Assembly (NCBI GenBank): GCA_964016885.1
Contig: OZ024741.1
Location: forward strand, 223,262,001-223,326,000
DNA: 64,000 nt
Source: Eledone cirrhosa
Lineage: Eukaryota
Reading direction: 5' to 3'
The notes under the pieces are model-generated. The model ran no database searches. It was not told where the DNA came from and saw nothing but the letters and a program-made list of their open reading frames with translations. The position numbers and the translations under genes are program-made. Below, in pieces: positions 51,630 to 64,000 of this stretch; within the stretch, counting starts at the first letter, position 1, and every line of letters starts with the position of its first letter.

Positions 51630-52135
51630 TAGTATAGCCAGTTAAAGAGAAAGGGTAAGTAGTATAGCCAGTTAGAGAGAAGGGTCAATAGTAAAGCCAA
51701 TGAAATAGTAAGGGTCAATAGTATAGCCAGTTAGATAGTAAGGGTCAATAGTATAGCCAGTTAGATAGTAAGGGTCAATAGTATAGCCAGTTAGATAGTA
51801 AGGGTCAATAGTGTAGCCAGTTAGATAGTAAGGGTCAATAGTGTAGCCAGTTAGATAGTAAGGGTCAATAGTGTAGCCAGTTAGATAGTAAAGGTCAATA
51901 GTGTAGCCAGTTAGTAAGGGTCAATAGTATAGCCAGTTAGATAGTAAGGGTCAATAGTGTAGCCAGTTAGACAGTAAGTGTCAATAGTATAGTCAATGAG
52001 ATAGTAATGGTCAATAGTATAGCCAGTTAGATAGTAAGGGTCAATAGTATAGCCAGTTAGATAGTAATGGTCAATAGTATAGCCAGTTAGATATTAAGGT
52101 CAATAGTAAGGGCCCAGTTAGGGAGAGGGTTCAAT
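51630..52135. repeat. 30-bp minisatellite, ~16 copies
   Basis: Unit GTATAGCCAGTTAGATAGTAAGGGTCAATA, contiguous, most homogeneous at 51721-51900. Confidence 0.95.
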
Positions 52136-54559
52136 AACAGTCAGTTAAAGAGAAGCTTCAATGGTATAGCCAGGTAGAAAGAGTTTTGTGGTAGGTTAAC
52201 TACAGCTTACTACTTAATGATTAGCCAGATTAAGGAGCTACCATGACAGGTTCAATATTGTAGCCAGGTAAAAAGAACACCAAGGCAGAATCAATATGTG
52301 AAGCAACTGGAGTCTATTATCCTGTTTCAATATACTATTGTAACTATTCCACTTCATCTGTGCCTCTAATTACTTTATAAATCAAACATATTTTGTCTCT
52401 ATAAGACATCAATATAACGATCTAATAAATATCCACAATAGGTGTACATTACACAGAGTAGGCAGATGACAAAGTAGCCAGTTATGTTCAATATTACAGT
52501 CTAGTATATAAGGGTTTATTGGACTTCTGATCATAATGTTGAGGGTTCAATTCCTGGGTGGGCTGATGTGGAGGTGCATGGCCTAGTGGTAAGGGTGTTG
52601 GACCTTCAATCATAATGTTGTGAGTTTGATACCTGGGCTGGGTTGCGTGTTGTGTTCTTGAGCAAAACACTTCATTTCACATTGCTCCAGTATACTCAGC
52701 TGAAAATGAGTACCAGCAATAGCTGGGGGTTTAACCCTGTGATGGACTGGCATCCTGTTCAGGGGAAAGTCTTGTACTCTCAGTCGTTTCACGCTATGAA
52801 ACCAGGATAAGCACCAGTCAAATGAGCCTTCTGGCTTGAGACAGATTTGATGTATAGACCCATAATTCCAGATGGAGTCATAGGGGCACCTAGTGATATA
52901 CAGTGTTATACCTAGTGATACACAGCCCATTTCTTCAAAAACAACAGGAGAGATAAAGAGAGAGATGAAGTGAGAAAGAGATATAGAGGAAGAATCAACC
53001 CTAGTATTGGATTGGTATTTCTTTTTATCAAGCTCAGAAGGGTGAAAGACAAAGTTGACCTTGGCAAGATATGAACTCAGTGTGTAGAGTGTTGAAACAA
53101 AGCATTCTACCCGATGTTCTTATGGCTCTACCAATTTACTGCCTATATTTCCACCTAATATATTATATGATATCACCACTAGGGTAACATGATAAACATA
53201 CATTATAGTACAATCAATATCATAGTTCTATATAGAAACCTACTGTTTCTATATAGAACTATGATATATGTGACAGACAATAAGATACCTATCTGGCTTT
53301 GGACAGAGACTACTGTAGTAATATAATACTATAATAAAAGATATAAGATATACAACAAGGAGGAAAAGTGATATTGAACAAAGCCTAAAGTACTGTAGCT
53401 TTGAAACTATTCCGTGATTGAGAATATAAATATATTCTCAGCTTGAGATAAAAAAAAAGTTGTAAAACAAGCAAATGTAAAAGGAAATAAATATACATGA
53501 AGCTAAATTTTAACTAGAAATTTCTTTCAACATAGAGAAGTTGTTTTTAGTTCAAGATCAATAAAAAAACAACAACAACAAAAACATCTGAATTACTTCA
53601 GATGCACTGAACAAACAGCTAAAATTATCTGATTTGCTTCAATTCCATTGGATAAACAGCTTAATTAGATAAATAGATTCAAATTTTCCAGACCAATACA
53701 ATATTTTTCAATAACAAGAATCTATATGTCTGGTGCAGACCTTCAGTTTCCACAGCACAAAACATAAAAAATATTTCCTGGCTAGGTTACTAGTTTACTC
53801 CAGGTAGCATTCTCTGCAGGGAAAATGGAACTTAACCCAAGAAGCCAATGAAATACACATCGTTTCTACAGTCAGTGCTACTGCTATCAACAGTAGATAA
53901 TTATACAATGCAATGTACCTACTTACTACTAAGTAGATTTGGCTACTGAGACACTATAAACTGCCAACTCTCATGATGGGTTTTTGAATCCTTACTGGTT
54001 CTATCATCCGTGTTCATTCAAATTATTAACCAACCGAATTTGTCAAGTAGTGTAAGGTCAAATTACCAAAGTCTAAACATTTCCATCAAAACCAAAAACA
54101 AACATTAACTGAGGTTCTTCTAAAGAAATTATTATAATTATAACTATGGGTGTGTTGAGAAACTTAAGTTTACATAAGAATTTCAATATTTTATTTACTT
54201 TGCTACAGAAATTAGGTGTTTTGTAAGATTGTTGTTTGTAAAATTCAACTAATGGAAAGTTGAGATATGTATATAAACCTTAAAGATATCAAACTGTAAA
54301 ATAACATTGAAGTCATTATATATTTTCACAGGTTTCCATTAATGGACTGTATTCACAGGTTTCCATTAACAAACTGTATTCAAGAGTGTAGTTCATTATT
54401 TTATTAAACTTGGAAGCATGAAAAGTAAAATAGATATAGATGATGTGAACTTCATACATATATGGAACAAAATACATATATATGTATGTATATATAAGTA
54501 ATTTTTTTAAATACTATAACTATAGGGATTGCAATCACAGAATAAAAGTCAGTTGTGAC

Positions 54560-55245
54560 ATGGGAATTGATATGAACAATTATGCATTATTTCATGCATA
54601 TATCATCAGGATGTGTAAACAACTGGTTGAATGGATTCTAAGGTCATTCAAGACAATAGACTTGCTGGTCCTGTGGAGGACATTTGTTCTCAGCCACATA
54701 GACTATTGCTCCAATTACAGTCACCCAACAATGTCAAATTAACTTTGGAACTTCAAGCAATTCTATGATGGTACACCAAGTAGATTGTCTTAATAAAAGA
54801 GATGAGCTACTAGGAGATACTGAAAGAATTAAGACTTTACTCTCTGGAACAAAGATATATATATATATATATATATATGGAAGATCCTGGAAGGGTTAGC
54901 ATCAACCTTTGGCACTGAGAGCTACACAACCCACAAAACAGGATGCCACTGCATAGTGCCAAAGTTCAAACCTCCACAGCTAGAGTAATGACTATACACT
55001 GCAATAACTTGGGTTTCAAAAGACTCCAGCTCTTTAATATGAAATAAAAAAAAAACTGGAAAATTTACATAGGGTAGCTATAGAAGTTTTCAAGAAACAT
55101 CTGAATATTCTGCAGTCTAAGATCTCAGCAAGAAACATAGAGGAGGATAGCAGTATTAAATTTCCAAGGAAGGATGGTTATAGAGAGTGTAGTAACAATA
55201 GTGGTGCCCCAGTATAGCCTCAGTCCATGGGCTGGAACAAATAAA
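54560..55245 (+). mobile_element. CR1-group LINE 3' remnant
   Basis: WILRSFKT..LVLWRTFVLSHIDYCS, then MSY*EILKELRLYSLEQR..IWKILEGL, typical of CR1-group ORF2 C-termini; decayed. Confidence 0.75.
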
Positions 55246-56239
55246 ATGATAAAAGAGTAACTGGGCAATATTTCCATGGACTAAGCCAGAATGGCAGAAT
55301 TACAAAAGCCCACAACATTAAATAAGCAATAAGAAAGAAACATTCAGTGAGAACCTATTGAGGAGTTTAGATAAATCGTATTACCAAATTACTTCCAATT
55401 AGTCTACTTTTATACATTGGAAGAGTCATGCTAACAATAAAAACACATGCACCAGTTGAATTTCACTTCACTTTTATTATTAGTTAGATAACTAATCCAT
55501 TCCTCAGTTCAATAACTGATGCATGTATTTTTATTGGCAGCATGAACCTTCCAAAGTATAACAATATCTGTTTCACCACACAATTTCACATACAAAATCT
55601 TATCTTGCAAAACAAAAATGAATTGGTTTATTTTATTTCATTCTCTTGTCATGGGGCAATAATTCAAATTATAAATTGCTGTGGGTAAATGGATCCAATA
55701 AACAAAATATGATATAACAGCAACAGAAGAACCACAATGTTAAAGAGAACCAAATAGAAGCTGACAGTTAGACAGCAACAAACCTGACCATCATTTAGAT
55801 GAATTTATAGCAGTGTGTAATTATGATAGCACACAACATTCACTGATATTAGCAATATCTAGTTGTCTAATTAGAATAAGACATTTTATTTATACAATGA
55901 ATATGACTATGCAGATATATATTTATAATATTTACAAAAAAAAAAAAAAGAAGACAAAAGGGTGGGGTTGTACCAACAGATAGTACTAAGAAAGTGTGGC
56001 TGTATATTGATATAAAGAGAATCTGATGCCTGATTTATAGAAGGAAAGGAGTATTTAGGAGATGCTGTATTTAGAAAGAGAGTGACAGAGACTAGGCAGG
56101 CCAGTTTGTTATGATGATCAAGGTTTTAGTAACTGTCGCAGCATTAAAGAAAATAGAACAGATAATTAACATGCGAGTAATTCTTTTTGTTGCAATAACT
56201 GCATTGCCACAATTGACAATGGAAATAGTTTTAGTTTAC

Positions 56240-56272
56240 CTCTTCAGGATCTTCATCAGGGTCAATGTATTT
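56240..56272 (-). CDS. Candidate 33-nt micro-exon KYIDPDEDPEE
   Basis: ttatttttggtgagtttcAG|AAA TAC ATT GAC CCT GAT GAA GAT CCT GAA GAG|GTaaac; phase 0-0, acidic. Confidence 0.6.
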
Positions 56273-57419
56273 CTGAAACTCACCAAAAATAATATTTCTC
56301 AGTGAAATATATGTTTGTATGGGTGTGAGACAGATATAGGTAGATATAGACATACAGAGAAATTTAATCAGACATTGATAAACAAACATTGACAGTGAAA
56401 CAGAATGACAAACATACATAGATATAAAACAGAATAGCAGAGAGAGAGAGGAGTAAGTACGGGAGGGGAGACAGACAGACAATGGATTCAGGTAGATAGT
56501 AAGAAATACTAATATTGATGTTTTCAGATTAAAATCTTCATAAAATAGAAAATTCTAGATTCCTTCACTGCTGCCTCTGAAATCAAGCAGAAAATTAAGA
56601 GAAGGGGATTGAAGGACAAAACACAATTCAGATCTACAGAAATTTGTTGTTTCTAAAATGGAAGTTACAGAATAATCTAAATTCTACAGAAAAAACAAAA
56701 CAACAGCAGAAAGATAAAGTTTTCGGTTAGTGTAAGTGGAACTAACTACATTTCACAAAGATAAAAGTCCAAATACTGCAAGAGAAAACTAGATTTAAGG
56801 TGATATTATATCAGAAATTGATCAAACAAACTGAAAAACAATGGTAAATGCACTCCCACCCTCCCACCCCCACAAAAATACACGCACATAGGCAGACAAT
56901 AAACTATGTTATAATCTCTAATTGCAGGTTGGTTGATTTAAGAGAAAGACACAGAGCAGAAAATAAAAATGTTAAAGAAATGAAATCCATTGCATTTCAA
57001 TTCTGTAAAATTTATATTTTCTATAAAATACTCTTTTATATAATTAAGGAAGACATTTTTAATTTTATTTCATACAATGTTCTAATTATATCTCTGAATA
57101 TGTTATTTACATTTCAGATGTTATCTTGTGTTGAAAGTAAACCTATTTAATAAGATTTCATCCTTGTTAATCCAGCATATAATGTTAATTACATTGCTAT
57201 TTATTAGAGTAATCAGATCTAACTCTGCAACTAAGCAACACATTGTAGTGTAAAATAGATGTCAGAAATAGACTTGAAAATTCTGCAGTTCATTATATTA
57301 TTCTATTATTATGACCATAAAAAACTGAGCCTTACAGAAAAGATGACACAGGACCAAGCATACTGTCAATATGCCATAATACAAAAGATCTGTCTACCAG
57401 TACAAGCACTGTGACACCA

Positions 57420-57963
57420 TTGTCATTACCATTTAACGTCTGTTTTCTAGGTTTGCATGAGTTAGACAGGTTGCCATGTTTTGAGGCCAGACAGGTTTTG
57501 GTTGGGGTTTCTAGGGCTGGATGGCCTTCCTAATGCCAATGACCTTACAGGGTGGATTGGATGTGTTTTGTTGTGGCACCAGCAGGACCCTCACAAGGTG
57601 AAATGGGTAATTTTTTTGTGGTACTAGCAGGACACACTTACAGAGTGGAATAAGGTGAGGGAAGGGAGATTACGGTATCAAGTGATTGAACAGAGACAAT
57701 GTAGGGTATGAGGACTTTCATGTGACATCTTCTCTAGTATAGGTGCCATGAAAAAAACATTCCCAGTCCATCTTGTTAAGTGGTAGGACTGGTGCCAAGA
57801 AAAAATGTACCCAGTACATTGATGTTAGAAAGGGTATCCAGCAATAGAAACCATACCAAATATGAAACATATAAGCAATACATGACCAGTCTAGCCTTAG
57901 AACGTGACAATCCATTCAACCCATGCCAGTGTGGAAATCAGACATAAAATAATGATGATGATG
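57420..57963. mobile_element. Two RTE-tail repeats in opposite orientation (57420-57650 minus; 57720-57963 plus); another plus copy at ~59940-60170
   Basis: TTTAACGTCTGTTTTC...CTTCCTAATGCCAA versus GTTAGAAAGGGTATCCAGC...GACATAAAATAA(TGA)n. Confidence 0.65.
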
Positions 57964-59338
57964 TCACTGGCAATTTATTATACAGTCATTGCAGTTGTGC
58001 AGAGTCACTAAATGGCCATTGTTGAGTCATTACTCATGGTACTCAGATGTCTTTGACAGACTTCCGTAAATTTTGACAGTGAGCATTCCAGTTGTCTGAC
58101 CAAATGAACACATTGCTCATTAGATTAATGTATAAGTAGCTGAGCATTCCAGACATGGGTACCCTTAACATAATGCTCATGGAGATTCAATGTGTGACAA
58201 GGCTGGCCTTTGAATTACAGATACAGTCCATCTCACACATTTCCAAACAATTTCTGCTTGCTGAATTTCACTCACAAGGCATGGTTTGACCTGAGGCTAT
58301 GAAAAATGACATTTGTCCAGGATGCCACACAGTAGAATCCATCCTGGGATCTAGTGATTGCAAAGCAAACTCCTTAACCATATGGCTAAACAGTTTTCAT
58401 CTACCCAATTTCCCTGACAAAGCCTGGGTCAACCAGAGGCTAAGGTATATAAGACTTGCCAAAAATTATATGCAGTGAGATTGAATCCAGAACCTAATGG
58501 TTGTGAAACAAATTTCCTCCCCATTTGGCCACACGGCATCTACAACTAAAATTTCTTGCCACATTGAGGCAATATAAAGTTTGCACGTTGTTACTCTGAA
58601 ATGTGCAGCATAATGCAGTGCAGTTTATTACAGTGAACTTGAAGAATTAGCCAGCTACCAACTAGCTGAAAATAAATACTAATTTAGAAATATCCTAACT
58701 TTGTCTCTAACCCCAATTACTACTTAGTATTTTGGTAACTTCTTAACTATATTATATATATATAAAATCATCATTGATATATTTGTCAATTCAAAAAGGC
58801 TGAGATTTCAACTCAGGGATTTGAACAAATACTAAGGCATATATAATCCAACATGTTAATGACTGCCATATTTTCACCTAATCCTAGGTATAGATAGGTT
58901 GGTTGAAATATTGCCAAATTTACAGCATACCACTGTCACTCCAAAATTGTTTGAAACTTCATAAAAAATTATAAAATAAAATAAACTTCTAAAGATTTGA
59001 AAAAAAAATTAACTCATGAGTATTGTTGGTGAATTAAAAAAATCCCACCAGAAATACAATCTTTTCCTTTTCAATAAGGTATGAGCAGTTGAAGTCCACA
59101 GGTCTATAAGATAAAAGCATCAGAACGCTTTTAATGCCAAATTGCCTGAAACCACTCTGGGTTCTATGATAAAAAAAACTGTCTATTTTAAAGTGTTTAT
59201 GTTTATCTAAAAACCTTCTATCATAATTCTATATAAAAACATTTGTTAAGTTATGCTCATTACTTAATCCCTTTAAATTCTTGTTTATTTTCAAAATGGT
59301 TTGAACATCATAGGCAGTGTATTTCATGAGAAATATGG

Positions 59339-59533
59339 CTTCTAACATAAGCAATAGGGCAGAAATTTTGGAAGAGAGGTAAATCAATTATATCATCCCT
59401 AGTACTTGACTGGTACTGTATTTTATTGACCTTGGAAGGATGAAAGGTAAAGTTGACCTCAGTGGCATTTAAACTTGTAATAAAGTGTTGCAACAAATAC
59501 AGCATTTTAACTGATTCCACCCATCCACCGCCC
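59339..59533 (-). mobile_element. SINE-B with a 17-bp TSD
   Basis: TTTCATGAGAAATATGG at 59322-59338 and 59534-59550. Confidence 0.85.
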
Positions 59534-61070
59534 TTTCATGAGAAATATGGTAAAGAGTTAAGAATATAATTTACATTATCATGTTGTTAAAGGGAACAAA
59601 ATTCAATGATGTGTGAGAAAAAAAGAGCAATTAAAATTAGTTTGGATCAAACTCATGTAACAAGTTTTTGGTAAAAGAAAGGAGAGGAGAATTCAACACA
59701 AACAATCTTACTAAACTAATAATAATAGTAATAATATTAACGAGAATAACAATAATGTCTTCATTTTTCTTAACTAGAGAATACTTACAGGAATATTTTC
59801 AAAATTGTTTAAAATCTGAAAAAATAACTTTTGAAATTGTAATAACTAGCAATTTGTTTAGCATTATTTTATACAAATACAATCAGCAAAGTGGTTTAGA
59901 GAGGATTCTTAGTGTTGACGAAGACATAATAACCTCTCTAGTACTGATGCCACTATAAAATGCACCCAATACACTCTGTAAAGTGGTTGGTGTTAGGAAG
60001 GACAGCCAATTGTAAAAATCATGTCAAAAGTGGAACACACAAACAAGATGTGGTCCTCTGGCTTGTCTAGGAGGTCAGAAACTCCAAATAAGAACCTAAT
60101 TAGATCATGATGACCCATTCAACACATGCCAATATGGAAAACAGATGTAAAATGATGATCACAATCATCAATTTGAGAGAGAAAAGAATAACAGACACAC
60201 ATGACAGGAACTCAAACCATGTATGTATTGCATGCTACACTACAACATTGCCAATTATGATGTATCATAAATAATCTCTCACTTAATTACAATAAATATT
60301 TATTTCATAAATAGGAAAGTAATAATTAATAAACAAAAACAAATACAAACAAATTGTGATTATGGTGGTTGTGGTAGCAAAGGGGTTTAGTAATTGTATG
60401 TATGAGAATTATTCAGTGTAATGAAACAATATTTTAATTATTATGATACCAAATACAATATATAAGTTTGTTTAAAATTCTGTAAATACTATCTGAATCT
60501 CAATAGGCAATGAAGAGTGTGTGTGTACATACATTCTTGAAGAAACTGGTCATTCATTGTTCTATCAGAAAAATGATAGACGAACTGGTCCCAGTCATCC
60601 TAATACAGACTTGTGATGTATGTTCATAGAGAGCCTGTTGATATATTTTTATATGCATGGTAAGTAGAGATTTTCATCAAGACTCACATTTCACAGTAAC
60701 TCTCTCACATAAATATGAACTGTATTTATTGATGAAAACAATAGAACAAATTTGAAGTGGGGGTTGTAGGTGTTAGATAAGTAAACAGTGATGTTAGATG
60801 CAACGAGGACTTTATTATCTGATATTTCAGGAATTCTGTTGGTTTCAACAAAGGATGTATTTAAATATTTGTGGAGGGAAAATAAATGGAAGTTCAATGG
60901 ATACAGACAGACTACAGTAGATTTCTACATGACTTCAAATAACAATTAGTTGCAAACGGTGAAATTAAATTAGAAATTGGAGATCAGAAAAGGAAAGGAA
61001 CTAAAAACAGTACGATATTCCAATATTCTCCACCAACCTCCTCTCTCTCTCTCTCTCTCTATTATATATT

Positions 61071-61534
61071 GCCGAGAATAAGTATGTGACATAGTCACTA
61101 CTTTACAACTCATAGCGAATGGTCTTCAAAATGTTTCTAATTAAACATAAAGAATATTGCTAAATATATTATACATACATTCATGTATACATCGCTATTT
61201 CAGAGCACCAATGCTAATACCTAATTTTTGCTGGACTGGCAACTGCTGTTTAATCAGCTCTTAAATATTACTGGAAAACTATAAGAATCCAGCTTCTATA
61301 ACTCTCGACAGAAGTGAAGGGGTGAGTAGTCTCGATAAACACTAACAAGCCAAAAACAGGACTGTCGATTACTCTCCTTTGCTTTTGCCAAGAATAATTA
61401 AGTGATATAGTCACTACTTTAAAACTCATAGCGAATGGTCTTCAAAATGCTTTTAATTAAACATACAGTATATTGCCAAATATACTATACATACATTCAT
61501 GTATACATCGCTATTTTAGAACACCAATACTAAT
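61071..61534. repeat. ~148-bp direct repeat (61071-61219 and 61387-61534), period 316 bp
   Basis: GCCxAGAATAA...ATAGTCACTACTTTA.AACTCATAGCGAATGGTCTTCAAAATG...CATTCATGTATACATCGCTATTT in both copies. Confidence 0.9.
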
Positions 61535-61838
61535 ATATATAATTTCAGAGAGCAAAATTAACAATGTGCAGACTAATTGATGGCAATTACATAACCCCAT
61601 ACCATCAGCCTAAAAAAAAGCACATAAACACTCTCTCTCTCTTTCTCTCTGCATGTGCAGAAACCCAACTTGAGTCTTCCAACTTGGGTCCGGGACTTAT
61701 TTTTAGTGCAACTAGCTCCATTACATTTTGTTAGCACTCCAAGTATTGTTCGATCACATGTCCAATCTAAACATCTTTTGTTGAGTGAGCAATTGAGGGC
61801 AACCAGACTACAGAAAACCTTTCCTATCATTCTTGATA

Positions 61839-61870
<32 letters not shown>

Positions 61871-61878
<8 letters not shown>

Positions 61879-62001
61879 TAAAATAACAGATTAAAGTTTA
61901 AGCAAAGAGTTGCTGCTTTCACCCTTAATGGGAGAAGATCCTGTTAAGGGTGAAAGCAGTGATTCTTTGATTAAACTTTAATCTGTTATTTTAATAAATA
62001 T
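61871..62001. repeat. 63-bp inverted repeat with 5-nt loop, inside a (TA)n-flanked insert
   Basis: Arms 61871-61933 and 61939-62001 pair at 57 of 63 positions (Watson-Crick). Confidence 0.95.
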
Positions 62002-62087
62002 TTCCTCTCGGGTTCTTATATATTTGATATATATTTATCCTTATTGAGCCCTCTTTGGATTTTAGTCTTCACATTTATTATTATTAC

Positions 62088-62121
<34 letters not shown>

Positions 62122-63432
62122 AGGTTTTTACATGAGTGCATTTTATCACTCGTGAAGCTATAAGTAGCTCTGGGTGAAACTATTTAAACAAACAAACAAA
62201 CAAACAAATGCCAAATTTCAAAACATCTATTTGTCACTCTCTGTCTCTCAAAGTAGAAAAACAAATAGATGAGCCATTACTCATTGATGAATCATCATTA
62301 TCAGTTACATGTTTGTTTTTCTACTGTTTTGAATTGGCTGTATTTATGCTAGTATCTTTCCACAAACCTTTATCTAATGTGATATTATCTGTGAATGTCC
62401 AAAGTTCTCAGATTTAATTCATCTATTTTTTCCTAGTTTCTTTCACCCCTTCCCTTTCTCTCTCTCACCATCTACATCTATCATACATACACTCCACTCT
62501 ACAACTGAAACATGGCACTTCTCCACATTACATTGCAGGGCCTCCATACAGTTGATTCTATCTCTGCCTTCAATATAATTTCTAACAGCATACCTCGCAA
62601 GGTTAACTTGATCAACAGATCTATCTAGATCAATCTAATACTTCAACATTCAACCTCATCCATCTTTTTATCAATGTTAAGTGACAGAGGACTACAGAAG
62701 GCTGGCCCCATAACTCTGTTTATGTTATAAGATGGGTCACATGAAGATGGTTTGAGAATATACAGATGATAATCCATATAATGTCAAACAAAAAGAGAAA
62801 TTAATAATACTTTAGTAATAATGTAATTCCAAAATATAGACAATGTAATATACATACATTTATGGTTGACATGTATGTATAATATCATTAGTTTACAATG
62901 AATAAACAACTCTAATGTATATACACAAACAAAGAGAATAATACTATTCTATGAAATAAAACCAAATTACACACACACTATATATATATCTGTATGTGGT
63001 TGATGGCTGAGAGAAAGAAGTACTCAATGCTGAAGTAGAATTTCAATATTCATTAACTTTAATAATAACGAATATATGTTTACACACACATATATATGAG
63101 TATTGCTTTCTTTGTGTCAGAGCCCTTTATGTGTTTTTGTCCGTGTTGAGCTCATTTTGTTATCTTTATATATATATATTTTGTCATTGCGCTAACAGAA
63201 GTCTGATGAGCTTTTGATTCCAGAATTGGGCCCAATCAATACAGATCGAACCTTCAGCTGGTCAATTGGGAAACAAACGTCACACCTTAATAAACGTAAT
63301 GAAAATTTGACACTAGGTCCATATTATTAAATATATATATCACATAGACACACAGCAAGGAATGTTAAAAGAGTAGTACTAGGTTCTAAGGAAAACAACC
63401 AGAACACTCTGAAGACATGTGAAATAATTTAC

Positions 63433-63456
63433 CTGCTCTCGGTACAGTGCATAGTC
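63433..63456 (-). CDS. Candidate 24-nt micro-exon DYALYREQ
   Basis: tataattttgacAG|GAC TAT GCA CTG TAC CGA GAG CAG|GTaaat; phase 0-0 if read as shown. Confidence 0.55.
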
Positions 63457-63469
63457 CTGTCAAAATTAT

Positions 63470-64000
<531 letters not shown>

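Noticed and set aside
51630-52135. CRISPR-like array of 30-bp repeats
   Set aside because: Units are contiguous with no unique spacers, there are no cas genes, and the context is eukaryotic.
61071-61534. TRIM (miniature LTR retrotransposon)
   Set aside because: No primer-binding site, no correctly oriented polypurine tract, no CA end and no TSD.

Overview
AT-rich, repeat-dense animal genomic DNA, most likely an octopod cephalopod judging from the SINE/LINE repertoire and (TA)n/(CA)n load (an inference). No prokaryotic-type genes or CRISPR arrays. The window appears to be the 3' half of one large minus-strand, multi-intron gene that I cannot name. It has phase-0 micro-exons (24 and 33 nt), acidic exons (228 and 1296 nt, the latter with a 12-aa Asp/Ser repeat), and several alternative C-terminal exons. 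The introns carry a near-intact RTE LINE (27.5-31.2 kb) with a PHD finger inside the RT and a chimeric junction, a DD37D/maT mariner, a Tx1/L1-clade 3' fragment, CR1 and Rex3-like remnants, a solo LTR nested in a piggyBac-like MITE, and dozens of tRNA-derived SINEs. Most notable: (i) the commonest SINE shares its 3' stem-loop and (ATT)n tail with the Tx1/L1 fragment and re-inserts at identical sites, suggesting an unusual stringent Tx1-SINE partnership; (ii) degenerate hammerhead-ribozyme-like, Penelope-type remnants and many perfect palindromes; (iii) the modular acidic gene itself. Most listed ORFs are microsatellite or antisense artefacts. Boundaries of degenerate repeats are approximate.
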